Origin: an uncultured Chlamydiales bacterium
GTDB lineage: Bacteria; Chlamydiota; Chlamydiia; Chlamydiales; FEN-1388
DNA length: 64,000 bases
Direction: 5' to 3'
Assembly (NCBI GenBank): GCA_963826935.1
Contig: CAWGYH010000005.1
Coordinates: forward strand, 704,608-768,607
Below the pieces are notes generated by a model. It ran no database searches and was not told the origin of the DNA. It worked only from the letters and a program-made list of their open reading frames with translations. This document shows positions 19,961 through 29,034 of this stretch, one piece after another (within the stretch, counting starts at the first letter, position 1; the number at the start of each line of letters is the position of its first letter). The translations under genes were made by a program, and so were the position numbers.

Positions 19961-20346
19961 GGCCCCGGCCCCAATGGTGTCAACTTAAAGAAATTTTCAT
20001 TAGTTTTGAGTATAGTGTTAGTCACATTTATTTCTTGTCACTCAAGTTCCGGAGGAACGTTTTAATAATAGCCCATGATGTAGCACCGGAGGTGCAAGTC
20101 GTGGGTATTTGGTAAAAAATAACCTGGAGTCGCGTGAGCGACGGATTAAGCCGTCGCTCACGCGACTTGATGGTTTTTTTGTGCCATACCCACGGTTTGC
20201 CGCTTTGGGGCTACACCATGGGCTATTATTAAGACGTTCCTCCGGAACTGAAGTTGCCACAAAGTCTATCAAGGAATAATTGTGTGTAACACTATGTTCA
20301 AAGCTAATGCAAATTTCCTTAAGTTGACACCATTGGCCCCGGCCCC
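19961..20346. mobile_element. MITE-like element, family A copy 2 (about 386 bp)
   Basis: Same TIRs as copy 1 (ggccccggccccaatggtgtcaacttaaagaaatttt ... aaatttccttaagttgacaccattggccccggcccc). The palindromic interior is different (agttccggaggaacgttttaataatagcccatg / catgggctattattaagacgttcctccggaact). Confidence 0.75.
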
Positions 20347-20546
20347 TTTTACAATGTATAGGTAGTGCGGAGATTAGCCAAGCTTATTTTCCGCATTTTT
20401 GCAGAGAATAGGCTTGCTTTTGCGGAGAATACCTGCCATAATATAAATTTGAGTTCTTTATGTCCCTTTTGTCTCTAAATTTTATTGACTTATTGTATTA
20501 AATAATACATACTTTCAGACAATAATATAATAGGAAAAAATAGATA

Positions 20547-21740
20547 GTGACAATAGAATATCTTTCCCAATGGCCAGTTGCTTTGGCCCTATCATTTAGG
20601 TATCTTTCGATAGAAGACCGAAACCGTTGCTGGCAAACTTGCTGCCTATTCAGAAAAATCCTAGAAAACCCTGATTATCAGACACTATTATGGGCGCCGC
20701 AAATCTTTCGTACGATGCATGTAGACAACCTGCGCTTTACACACATCCGTAATGCACTTTCTCGACTGCGTACAACTGTGCATAGGAATATTATCCCACT
20801 TCCAGAAAGACATACCGACTTTGCATTTAGTCTCCATAGCTACGGCTGTTTACTCCTTTCGTGCGATCACTCATCAAAAAAATGTGCCGGCGAAGTGCTA
20901 ATCTGGAAAAAGGAGAATAACTCCTATTGCCTTTCTAAAAGATTGTCTCAATTTTCCAAAAGATGGTATAGTTTGCAATTACGGACAACCTGCACGGTCC
21001 AAGGTGACTGGTTGATTCGTAGTGCTCTTGATCACGAGGAAAACGGGGAGTTTTCTGTCAAAGTTGATGTATGGAAGTTGAACGAGAAAACCGCAGAAGT
21101 CACTGAGCTATTTGCAACAAAAATACCATCTGCTAAGCCATACCCGAAACCTTCCAGCAATTATGTCTGTGCACCAGCGCTACGCGATAAAAGCACTCTC
21201 TATATTCCTCTTCCATTAACACAAGAAGTACAAGTTGCTATCATCGATGAAACCCCACGTCTAACTACAAGAATCGATTTATCTAACATAGGCCTATCAC
21301 GTATAACCTCTCTCACTATGCGCGGTGATGAACTTATTGTTCATACACCAAATGAGAGCGTGTCTATAAATCGTACAGACCCCTCCCTTATACAGGAAAA
21401 AACAGAAGAAGTACTGCATTCAGATAATGGATGGAAGGTGCTCCAGGATATAGGATTTAAAATTTTAAGAAATGACCAGGTGCACTGCATTATTAACGTC
21501 CCTGCAGATTTTGATAATAGGAAGTGGTCACTACGCACGCACCTTGGCATGCATCATTTTCTTCTTGGCTACGGTCAAGTCTGCCACGTCTACACACTCT
21601 GGAATATGAACCAAAATGGCACACCAAATCGCACGATAACAATACCCAAAGATACCACAATCACTGCCGTCCATATGCATGAAGAAAACGTTATACTAAG
21701 CACCCTGGACGGCGAAAACGGCGAAGTCTGGCAAGCCTAA
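20547..21740 (+). CDS. F-box-like protein
   Basis: N-terminus WPVALALSFRYLSIEDRNRCWQTCCLFRKILENPDYQTLLW fits the F-box pattern. The remainder may be beta-rich. GTG start. Confidence 0.45.
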   Translation: MTIEYLSQWPVALALSFRYLSIEDRNRCWQTCCLFRKILENPDYQTLLWAPQIFRTMHVDNLRFTHIRNALSRLRTTVHRNIIPLPERHTDFAFSLHSYGCLLLSCDHSSKKCAGEVLIWKKENNSYCLSKRLSQFSKRWYSLQLRTTCTVQGDWLIRSALDHEENGEFSVKVDVWKLNEKTAEVTELFATKIPSAKPYPKPSSNYVCAPALRDKSTLYIPLPLTQEVQVAIIDETPRLTTRIDLSNIGLSRITSLTMRGDELIVHTPNESVSINRTDPSLIQEKTEEVLHSDNGWKVLQDIGFKILRNDQVHCIINVPADFDNRKWSLRTHLGMHHFLLGYGQVCHVYTLWNMNQNGTPNRTITIPKDTTITAVHMHEENVILSTLDGENGEVWQA

Positions 21741-21759
21741 ATGATCGGGGTTGGCTCTT

Positions 21760-22470
21760 TTATTCTACAAATTGCGTGAAGCTCTCTACTGGCTCCCGAT
21801 TCGAGAGCAAGCTGTTTTCAACTTTGCTGGTATCTGCATAGCCTAAAGACATTGCGCAGACTAATTGCTGCTTTGGATCGAAATTAAGGTGACGCGATAC
21901 AATTGCATGGTATTGATTAAATGCCGCTTGCGGACAGGTGTCTAAACCGCGTGCTTTTGCCGCCAGCATCACATTTTGAACAAACATGCCATAGTCGAGA
22001 AAACTTCCCTGCTGCATCACTCGATCAATCGTAAAGAATAGGCCAATAGGCGCACCAAAAAACTCATAATTGCGAGCATGTTGAGCGCGCATTTTTTCTT
22101 CATCGCCTTTTGCTATGCCCAATAAGCCATATAAAGCTGCACCCATTTCGCGTCTGCGAGAGAGGTATGGTTCAGTCCACTCCTTAGGATAGTAATGATA
22201 ATCCTCCACATGTTCTTTTGCCTTATCAGGATTTAAATAGGTAGCGATAAGCTCGCTGGAAAGAGCCTCCTTTTTAGCTCCCATAATGACATACACTTTC
22301 CAGGGCTGCGTATTGATACCAGATGGTGCACGTTTAGCAACATCCAGTATTTCCAATATAATTTCCTTTGGAACTTCCTTGGGCAAAAAGGCTCGTACAG
22401 CATGACGTGACTGTATGTTGTCATCAACAATTTCCCGAATTTGATCCTGACTAATAGTAGCTGTTATCAT
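21760..22470 (-). CDS. nitroreductase-family oxidoreductase
   Basis: RHAVRAFLPKEVPKEIILEILDVAKRAPSGINTQPWKVYV is a typical nitroreductase N-terminus. 236 aa. Confidence 0.8.
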   Translation of the reverse strand: MITATISQDQIREIVDDNIQSRHAVRAFLPKEVPKEIILEILDVAKRAPSGINTQPWKVYVIMGAKKEALSSELIATYLNPDKAKEHVEDYHYYPKEWTEPYLSRRREMGAALYGLLGIAKGDEEKMRAQHARNYEFFGAPIGLFFTIDRVMQQGSFLDYGMFVQNVMLAAKARGLDTCPQAAFNQYHAIVSRHLNFDPKQQLVCAMSLGYADTSKVENSLLSNREPVESFTQFVE

Positions 22471-22545
22471 AAATATCCTTTTTAAAGAATATTTTATAGT
22501 TTAAATGCTTATTTTACAATAATTATTTTTTAATATTAATTAGGT

Positions 22546-23373
22546 TTATAGCAAATCGCGATAGGGCAGGAGAAAGTCGAAAAGTGCAGATCGCGAGGAG
22601 ATGCCCAATTTAGCTTTTGCGTTTTCAAGATGGGTTTCTATTGTGCGCAAGGAGCGAAAGCGTTTTTTGGCGATTTCAGGCATGCTGTAGCCTTGAAGCA
22701 GGTAGCGCAAAGCTTCTCGCTCGCTTTTTGTAAGTAAAAAAAGTGCCTTTGCTCTATCTTTATCGCTTTCCAGGGAGCTGAGGAAAATAAACTCGTGCTG
22801 AGGTGTCATCGTGGGGCCTGTCAGCTTGGGATTTTCGAAGTATTTGCTGCCAATGATGCTGGCGATGTTGATGGAACGGTCTTCTGCTTCAAGAATATAT
22901 TTGGAGGCGTTATTTTCAAAATAGTCTATAAATTTTGAGATGATGTGCAGGTTGTTGAGAAAACGTTGTTCAAAGCCTTGCGAAAATTTGCTTGTAGCAA
23001 AGCCATACTCAACAAAATCCTCCCCTTTTTTCACAATGGCAAGCAGTATATGAAAGCAGTCGCCATCTTGAGTCAGCCGGCCTTGCGTCTCTTCAAATTC
23101 TTGCGAGTGAAGAAGGCTGGGAATGGAGTAGCCGCTTTGAAAAAAAATAGGGCTACGAAAGCATGGGTGGCCTATATAGAGCTTTTCTTCGAAAAAAATC
23201 TCAGCTGTCGCAGGATAGTTTCCGATGAGAGAATATAGGCCGCCCACTTTATGAGAGTTGCGCCACATCCTATCCACACCAAGATAGAGCTTTAATGGCT
23301 CTAGCAGTTTGTTAATCTGCGTATAGTACTTTATTGATGCTTGGCCTATTTCATCATAAATATTTTTTATCAT
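22546..23373 (-). CDS. LuxR/GerE-type transcriptional regulator with unassigned N-terminal sensor-like domain
   Basis: C-terminal HTH LTKSEREALRYLLQGYSMPEIAKKRFRSLRTIETHLENAKAKLG. Confidence 0.75.
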   Translation of the reverse strand: MIKNIYDEIGQASIKYYTQINKLLEPLKLYLGVDRMWRNSHKVGGLYSLIGNYPATAEIFFEEKLYIGHPCFRSPIFFQSGYSIPSLLHSQEFEETQGRLTQDGDCFHILLAIVKKGEDFVEYGFATSKFSQGFEQRFLNNLHIISKFIDYFENNASKYILEAEDRSINIASIIGSKYFENPKLTGPTMTPQHEFIFLSSLESDKDRAKALFLLTKSEREALRYLLQGYSMPEIAKKRFRSLRTIETHLENAKAKLGISSRSALFDFLLPYRDLL

Positions 23374-23376
23374 GCG

Positions 23377-24075
23377 CTATGCCCGGGCTGTAACTGCATA
23401 GTAACAGAGTTTTTTAGAAAGATCATTTATAAACTTGTGCTTTACGCCATCTGGAACATAGATCACATCTCCAGCTTTTACCTCTTGCTCCTGGCCATTT
23501 GATACTACTTTTCCACGGCCTTTTGTCACCATATAGGTGCGCTCTCCATCTTTTGCGGCTTTATCTACAGTTTTGCCTTCGTGCACTCTATGATAGCCTA
23601 TCTTATGTAGTTTAGCATGATCTGCTGTGCCGATCAACTTTTGCTTTGCGACCTCTTTAGTTTTTCTCTTTGACTGGATTTCGCAGGTAATGCCGGAAGA
23701 GTAGTCGGGTTGTGGAATTTTAAATCCTTCAAATTTCCATGCAGGGGCGCATATGCAATAAAAGACGAGATCGGCAGCTGCATCATTAAAAATCTGATGA
23801 ACGCGCTTTGTTTCAATAACAATGTGATCTCCCTTTTTGACCATGATTTCCTGGCCGTCAATAACGAGTCGTCCTGTGCCGGCAAGGATGGCGTAAGTCT
23901 CCTCGGCCTCCGGGTGATAGTGGGCATCAGATGCGCCATTTTGTTTAATCGTCACATGGGCCACGCTTTCTTTTTTTGCATCGCCATTTTGCACACCAAC
24001 CAATTCGCGCACCTCTTCACCGTGATTGGCAAAATCAAGTTTACAATTTTCAACTCTTGTAATTCGTAGACCCAT
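23377..24075 (-). CDS. bicupin protein
   Basis: Two cupin units: DAHYHPEAEETYAILAGTGRLVIDGQE..GDHIVIETKRVHQ and GYHRVHEGKT..ERTYMVTKGRGKVV..GDVIYVPDGVKHKF. Confidence 0.7.
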   Translation of the reverse strand: MGLRITRVENCKLDFANHGEEVRELVGVQNGDAKKESVAHVTIKQNGASDAHYHPEAEETYAILAGTGRLVIDGQEIMVKKGDHIVIETKRVHQIFNDAAADLVFYCICAPAWKFEGFKIPQPDYSSGITCEIQSKRKTKEVAKQKLIGTADHAKLHKIGYHRVHEGKTVDKAAKDGERTYMVTKGRGKVVSNGQEQEVKAGDVIYVPDGVKHKFINDLSKKLCYYAVTARA

Positions 24076-24238
24076 AAAGTCCTCCTTTTGTTTATTATGC
24101 CTCTATAATATCCCGGCATGAGCAATTTCCACATCCGTGGAATCCACGGAATTTAGAGGGGCAGCGGCCTCAGGCATTTTTTCTATTCTCATTTAATTAT
24201 TGTATGTTATGCTTATTTTACTTTTTGGAAGATGGAGA

Positions 24239-26305
24239 ATGAATATGCGATACCTAATCTTTTTACTGTTTTTATTACATACACTCAGCGCAGAGGTGCC
24301 AATGACCTACAGGGACATTGTTGAAATCTCACGTCCCGAAGTGATACAACTTGCACCCAATGGCAACGAACTTGCATATGTTACCCGAAGGGGTGATATC
24401 GAGGCAAATTGCAATAGAGACTCTGTTTTTACAGGCACAGTTGAACGAGCTGAGTTTACAAAACTTGCTGAATATGAAAAAGTGATTCAACTTACGTGGA
24501 ATAATGATTCTTCTTGTCTCTATGTGCTGTGTAAAGAAAGCGAGCTCTATCGAATTTCACGCTTTTCAGCTCAAAAATCCGAGATCCTTTGCGAACAAAA
24601 AGAGCCCATCCATCTCTTTACCTTATCCTCAAACGAAGACCACCTCTACTATACCCTGGTAAAGATGTCATCAGAAGAACAAGCCAAAAAATTGAAGGAA
24701 GAGGGGTATGTCTTTGATTGGGACAACGATCAGGCAAACGTCCTGACTAACGAAACTTTTCTTTTTCTCGACCATGAAGAAATATGGGACATTAACCTTC
24801 ACACCCATGCGGCAAATATGATCACTTCGCTGCCAAATGGGAGCTTTCGGTATGATGACATACCTCTTATAAGGCGTATGCAGGTATCTGAAAGCGGAAA
24901 CTCTTTGCTCCTTTTTGTGAGTCGTTTTGGAGATGTAAGCATTGGGGAATCTGGCTTTTCCGGCGATCCAGCAGTATGGGATCTGAGTACTCATAAATGG
25001 GCGCTACCAGTAGCTCCTGCATCACGGGAGCGCTATGCCCCTACATGGGTAGGAGAAACCCAATTTGTCTATTTTGTACCATCGGATGAACGCTCGCCTG
25101 GAACCTTGCGCCTTTATGACCTCTCTACAATGCAAGAGCGCATATTTAACTGTTTGCCTCCAGGTTTTGCATTTGATGACTTTTATTGGGATAAAAAGAA
25201 CAGCCTTCTCTATGGCAAATCGTGGTCGGGCTATTTATATCGAATAGATCTTGCGTCAGATAGATCAGAGATTGTTGAGCTTCCAGGTAAATGTGGAAGC
25301 GCAAATTTTGATAGTGAATGTAGGCGCCTTGCGTATGTAGTAGAATCGTCTAATGTGCCGCCTGAAATTTACTGCTACGATGTTGCCACAAAGCAAAATA
25401 AACGCCTTACCACTTTAAACCCACAGCTTGCCACTATCGCACATGGATACGTGGAAGCCATTAATGAAAAGAGTGAGTCCGGCCTTCCGATTAATGGCTA
25501 CCTTGTTCATCCTGTCAATGAACAGGCGGGCGTACGCTATCCGATTATCATTGCAACCTATGGTTTTGATGGGAAGTATGTGTCTCAAGCAGAAGTTCAC
25601 AGCTCATTTCCCGCTCAGCCGCTTGCAGCAGATGGCTATTTTGTTTTCCTTCTGAATCATCTCAGTTGCGGCCAAGAAGTTGTTGGAGATTTTCAAAAGG
25701 CTCAAGAACTCGCAGGGTGGGACACCTTAGCAATTTTTGAGGCTGCCGTTGATCTTGTCGAAAAGAAAGGCGGCGATAGTGATAAAGTAGGAATCTATGG
25801 CTGGAGCCATGGTTCGTTTCTTGTTTCATTTTGTTTAACCCATTCAACAAAATTCCATGCCGCTTGCATACTCGATGGACTAAACTATAACCCCGGAGCG
25901 TTTTGGTTTGGTGGTCGTCTCACGCAAGAGCTGTATGATAATCTTTTTGGCGGACCTCCTTGGGGTGAAACATTAAAAAATTACCTTGACTTCAACCCAT
26001 TTTATCAGGTAGAGAAAATCAGCGCTCCCTTGCTGTTCGAGTTTTCCGGAGGGGGTATTGCTGGACTTGAACTGTACTCCCCATTGCGCTACCTTGGCGT
26101 GCCTGCCGAGCATGTTACCTATGTAGGGGAGGAACACAATTTTGTACGACCAAAGGCCCGAATTGCAGCGATGGGACGTAAAGCCGACTGGTTCAACTAC
26201 TGGCTTTTAGGCAAAAAAGACGTAAGTCCTGCAAAAGAAGAGCAGTATAGGCGGTGGGACCGGATGAAGTCGGTCTATCAAGCAAAAAAATTGCAGGGAA
26301 CATAG
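24239..26305 (+). CDS. S9-family (prolyl oligopeptidase/dipeptidyl peptidase-like) serine peptidase
   Basis: Signal peptide MRYLIFLLFLLHTLSA and a long propeller-like N-terminal region. Nucleophile elbow GIYGWSHGSF (GxSxG) in the C-terminal alpha/beta-hydrolase part. ATG at 24239 follows ggag. Confidence 0.7.
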   Translation: MNMRYLIFLLFLLHTLSAEVPMTYRDIVEISRPEVIQLAPNGNELAYVTRRGDIEANCNRDSVFTGTVERAEFTKLAEYEKVIQLTWNNDSSCLYVLCKESELYRISRFSAQKSEILCEQKEPIHLFTLSSNEDHLYYTLVKMSSEEQAKKLKEEGYVFDWDNDQANVLTNETFLFLDHEEIWDINLHTHAANMITSLPNGSFRYDDIPLIRRMQVSESGNSLLLFVSRFGDVSIGESGFSGDPAVWDLSTHKWALPVAPASRERYAPTWVGETQFVYFVPSDERSPGTLRLYDLSTMQERIFNCLPPGFAFDDFYWDKKNSLLYGKSWSGYLYRIDLASDRSEIVELPGKCGSANFDSECRRLAYVVESSNVPPEIYCYDVATKQNKRLTTLNPQLATIAHGYVEAINEKSESGLPINGYLVHPVNEQAGVRYPIIIATYGFDGKYVSQAEVHSSFPAQPLAADGYFVFLLNHLSCGQEVVGDFQKAQELAGWDTLAIFEAAVDLVEKKGGDSDKVGIYGWSHGSFLVSFCLTHSTKFHAACILDGLNYNPGAFWFGGRLTQELYDNLFGGPPWGETLKNYLDFNPFYQVEKISAPLLFEFSGGGIAGLELYSPLRYLGVPAEHVTYVGEEHNFVRPKARIAAMGRKADWFNYWLLGKKDVSPAKEEQYRRWDRMKSVYQAKKLQGT

Positions 26306-26353
26306 GGTAAAAAAGGTCTGGGTATCCGATTCGCTCGATTCAGAGAACCCGAG

Positions 26354-26475
26354 TTCCTTCGAGGCTGTGAAAAATGCCACGCCCGAAGGGTGTGGCATTT
26401 TTCACAGCCTCGAAGGAACTGAAAATTGTTTTAATGGCCAGCGCTTAAGTTGACACCATTGACCCCGGCCCCTTT
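26354..26475. repeat. hairpin plus solo right terminus of MITE family A
   Basis: Near-perfect hairpin ttccttcgaggctgtgaaaaatgccac / gtggcatttttcacagcctcgaaggaa (26354..26419). It is followed by cttaagttgacaccattgaccccggcccc (26447..26475), with no matching left TIR. It probably also terminates the peptidase gene. Confidence 0.65.
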
Positions 26476-26525
26476 TACTAAATTCCGAAATCGAATAGAA
26501 TGTTCATATTTATATTTGGTGCTAT

Positions 26526-27155
26526 ATGTCTTATTGTTCGAGTCTAAGTGCTGTCAGATATTTACCCTGTGGGCATCCCCGGGATCAAGTAGCGTATGAG
26601 CTTGGCATGGTAGTACAAACCGATGGACAAACGGTAGTGAAAATTGTTTGCCCGCGGTGTGAACAAACTCAACAAAACCCCGAAAATAGGCTTGAGAGGC
26701 TTGAAAGGCTAGAGCTCCTTTTTGCCAAGTTATTATTTGTATCTAACGAAGAGCGAAAACAGGCTCCTCTTTCTCCACGCGCAAAAGATATCAACTATCC
26801 AGGCAAGCCTGCAACCTTTATCCTCGCCGATGGAGACCGAGATCACGAGGGGAGGTTTCGCTTAACGTTACGGAGCACAACAGAAGGATCGGTTTTTACA
26901 AAAATAGTTGTTTTACGAGCCGACGGAGAACCTCCATCGATACGAGTAGAATTCAAACCTCACAACAAATTACTAAAGCTCTTTTTTGAGACTCACCACC
27001 TTGCTTTACAAGACGTAGAATTTGTAGAGGGCTATTATGCCACAAAAACTCCTTCCGATGTTTTATGCCTCACCCCTCTCCTTGTCTCAAACAACAGATT
27101 TAACGCCGTGTGGACACGATTTATGGAACAAATGATGGCAGAAAACGTTCCGTAA
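26526..27155 (+). CDS. hypothetical protein; weak RING/U-box-like N-terminus
   Basis: 209 aa. The N-terminus has YLPCGHP and CPRC about 25 aa apart, which is only part of a RING-type cysteine pattern. Confidence 0.35.
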   Translation: MSYCSSLSAVRYLPCGHPRDQVAYELGMVVQTDGQTVVKIVCPRCEQTQQNPENRLERLERLELLFAKLLFVSNEERKQAPLSPRAKDINYPGKPATFILADGDRDHEGRFRLTLRSTTEGSVFTKIVVLRADGEPPSIRVEFKPHNKLLKLFFETHHLALQDVEFVEGYYATKTPSDVLCLTPLLVSNNRFNAVWTRFMEQMMAENVP

Positions 27156-27213
27156 TATAACCAATGCTAATTTTGGTACTATGCATCTAACTTTTTTAGC
27201 AGGCAAAAAGAAA

Positions 27214-27312
27214 ATGCTCATCGGGTACATGAGAGTTTTCAATAATGATGGTTCTCAGACACTCGATTTGCAACGCGATGCTCTTATAGCTGTTGGAGTC
27301 GACGAGCTTCAG
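27214..27312 (+). pseudogene. N-terminal relic of a serine recombinase (resolvase/invertase)
   Basis: MLIGYMRVFNNDGSQTLDLQRDALIAVGVDEL matches the resolvase N-terminus (iGYaRVSt..Q.ldlQ...L...G). The catalytic Ser is replaced (RVS to RVF), and similarity is lost after about 33 aa. Confidence 0.65.
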
Positions 27313-27374
27313 CCACCAAACCCTAATCGGCGATATCATCCCCATATCACACCCCATATTAAAGGTCCTCTAAT

Positions 27375-28991
27375 ATGATGTCAGCTAGCGCATGCGTTTC
27401 ACAAGTTACCGAACAAAATAGAGCCTTCTATCAAGTAGGCGGTGAACATCTAGAAAAAATGGATGTTTTGATAGAAATTTTTAAGCGGGTTCTCGAGCCT
27501 CTTTACGGCTCACAAGCAAAAGCTATAGAGCAAATCCGCGAAAGCCGTGACCGCAAATGCTTTTTGCTGTATGAAAACGATGTACCCGCAGGCGTTATTG
27601 CCTTTAAAACAAGTGTAAGCGATGAGTTTGCCAATTTAGGCGTAAAAAACAGTATCGAAGTAAAATCGCTCTTCGTCGATCAATCTGCGCAAAATTCAGG
27701 CCGCGGTCTGGGATCTGCCCTAGTGGATAAGCTAAAGCGCGAAGTTGATCTATTAGGCATAGCCTATGACAGCATTCACGTAACTGTAAGCGAGACAAAG
27801 CCAGAATCATTGATGTTTTTCCAGAAAAAAGGGTTTACCATTTCGCATGCCTGGAAAGATCGTTACAAAAATGGCGTGACTGAGTTTTTACTGTGCTGCC
27901 CCAGAAAACTCCAGGGAATTCAGCCTAATGTCGAAGATCTCGTAGAGCAGATGTCAAGCCTATCCACTGCAGAAGTGCCAGAGCTTCTGCATATCATTCA
28001 CGATGCACATATGGACGACATACACTGCCTGATAAGACTTTCCGATGGAACCTTTGTAAGCGGATCAAAAGACAACTGCCTCTATAAGTGGAATTCCAGA
28101 GGGGAGCTGGTTAAAATTGTAGATGAAGTTGAGCCTACAAACCAGAGTGAGGCCAACTGGGTCACGGCTTTAACAGTAGTTAACGATGAATACTTTGTTT
28201 CAGGAGCAAGGCACGGAGAGCTTGTGCTGTGGAAAACAAACGGCGCCTATGTAAAAGAGCTTAAAGCCAAAATGCCCCATCTATACGACCATGTAAGCCT
28301 GCCCCTTAACAAGCGACGCGTCACATGCCTGGCTGCAGGGACAAATCCGAACAAACCCAGCGTTTTCGTAGGCCTGCCTACTATGTTTGACAGCGTTAAC
28401 CTTATTAATGGCCGAACTGAGTCTTCTGCTAGGGTGCATGCTAACGATTGGGTATGGGCAATAAAACCACTTAGCGACAAATCCGTCCTTACAGTTGTTG
28501 GAGCTACTATCGAATTATATAACCAAACTGATAAGGGATGGATCCATGGTGGGCAAGCAATGCCTGAGCAAAAACGATATCCTGCAATTATTGATGGCAA
28601 AAGTCGGCAACAGCGAACATTTATTTCTGACATCACTGCACTTGATGCGCAAAACTTTCGCTTTGCGGTTGCAAGCTTTGATAGCACTGTAAAAATACTC
28701 GATATACCTAGCAAAAAGATTGTACAGAACTGGCAAGAACATAAGGGCCGCGTCTGGAAGCTCGAAAAATTTTCTGAACAGCTTTTTGCAAGTTCAGCCG
28801 AAGATGGCTGCGTAAAGCTGTGGGATGTACGCGAAACGAAAAGAAGTGCGCACACTATTGATGTATCCTATGGACAAGTAACATCGATGCTTGCTCTGAA
28901 TGACTATACACTGCTTACAGGTTCTTGCCCTGATCAGGCTGAAAATGTACGTAAATCAGCCGAAATTCGTTTTTACGAACTACGTAAATAA
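27375..28991 (+). CDS. GNAT acetyltransferase - WD40 repeat fusion protein
   Basis: The N-terminal ~180 aa carry QNSGRGLGSALVDKL (Q/R-x-x-G-x-G/A) and FFQKKGF. The C-terminal part has WD-type blades SGSKDNCLYKWN, SGARHGELVLWK, ASFDSTVKILD and SSAEDGCVKLWDV. Confidence 0.7.
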   Translation: MMSASACVSQVTEQNRAFYQVGGEHLEKMDVLIEIFKRVLEPLYGSQAKAIEQIRESRDRKCFLLYENDVPAGVIAFKTSVSDEFANLGVKNSIEVKSLFVDQSAQNSGRGLGSALVDKLKREVDLLGIAYDSIHVTVSETKPESLMFFQKKGFTISHAWKDRYKNGVTEFLLCCPRKLQGIQPNVEDLVEQMSSLSTAEVPELLHIIHDAHMDDIHCLIRLSDGTFVSGSKDNCLYKWNSRGELVKIVDEVEPTNQSEANWVTALTVVNDEYFVSGARHGELVLWKTNGAYVKELKAKMPHLYDHVSLPLNKRRVTCLAAGTNPNKPSVFVGLPTMFDSVNLINGRTESSARVHANDWVWAIKPLSDKSVLTVVGATIELYNQTDKGWIHGGQAMPEQKRYPAIIDGKSRQQRTFISDITALDAQNFRFAVASFDSTVKILDIPSKKIVQNWQEHKGRVWKLEKFSEQLFASSAEDGCVKLWDVRETKRSAHTIDVSYGQVTSMLALNDYTLLTGSCPDQAENVRKSAEIRFYELRK

Positions 28992-29034
28992 CATTCGTGA
29001 TAAGCTGTTCACTTATATATCAAGGAGTTACCTA

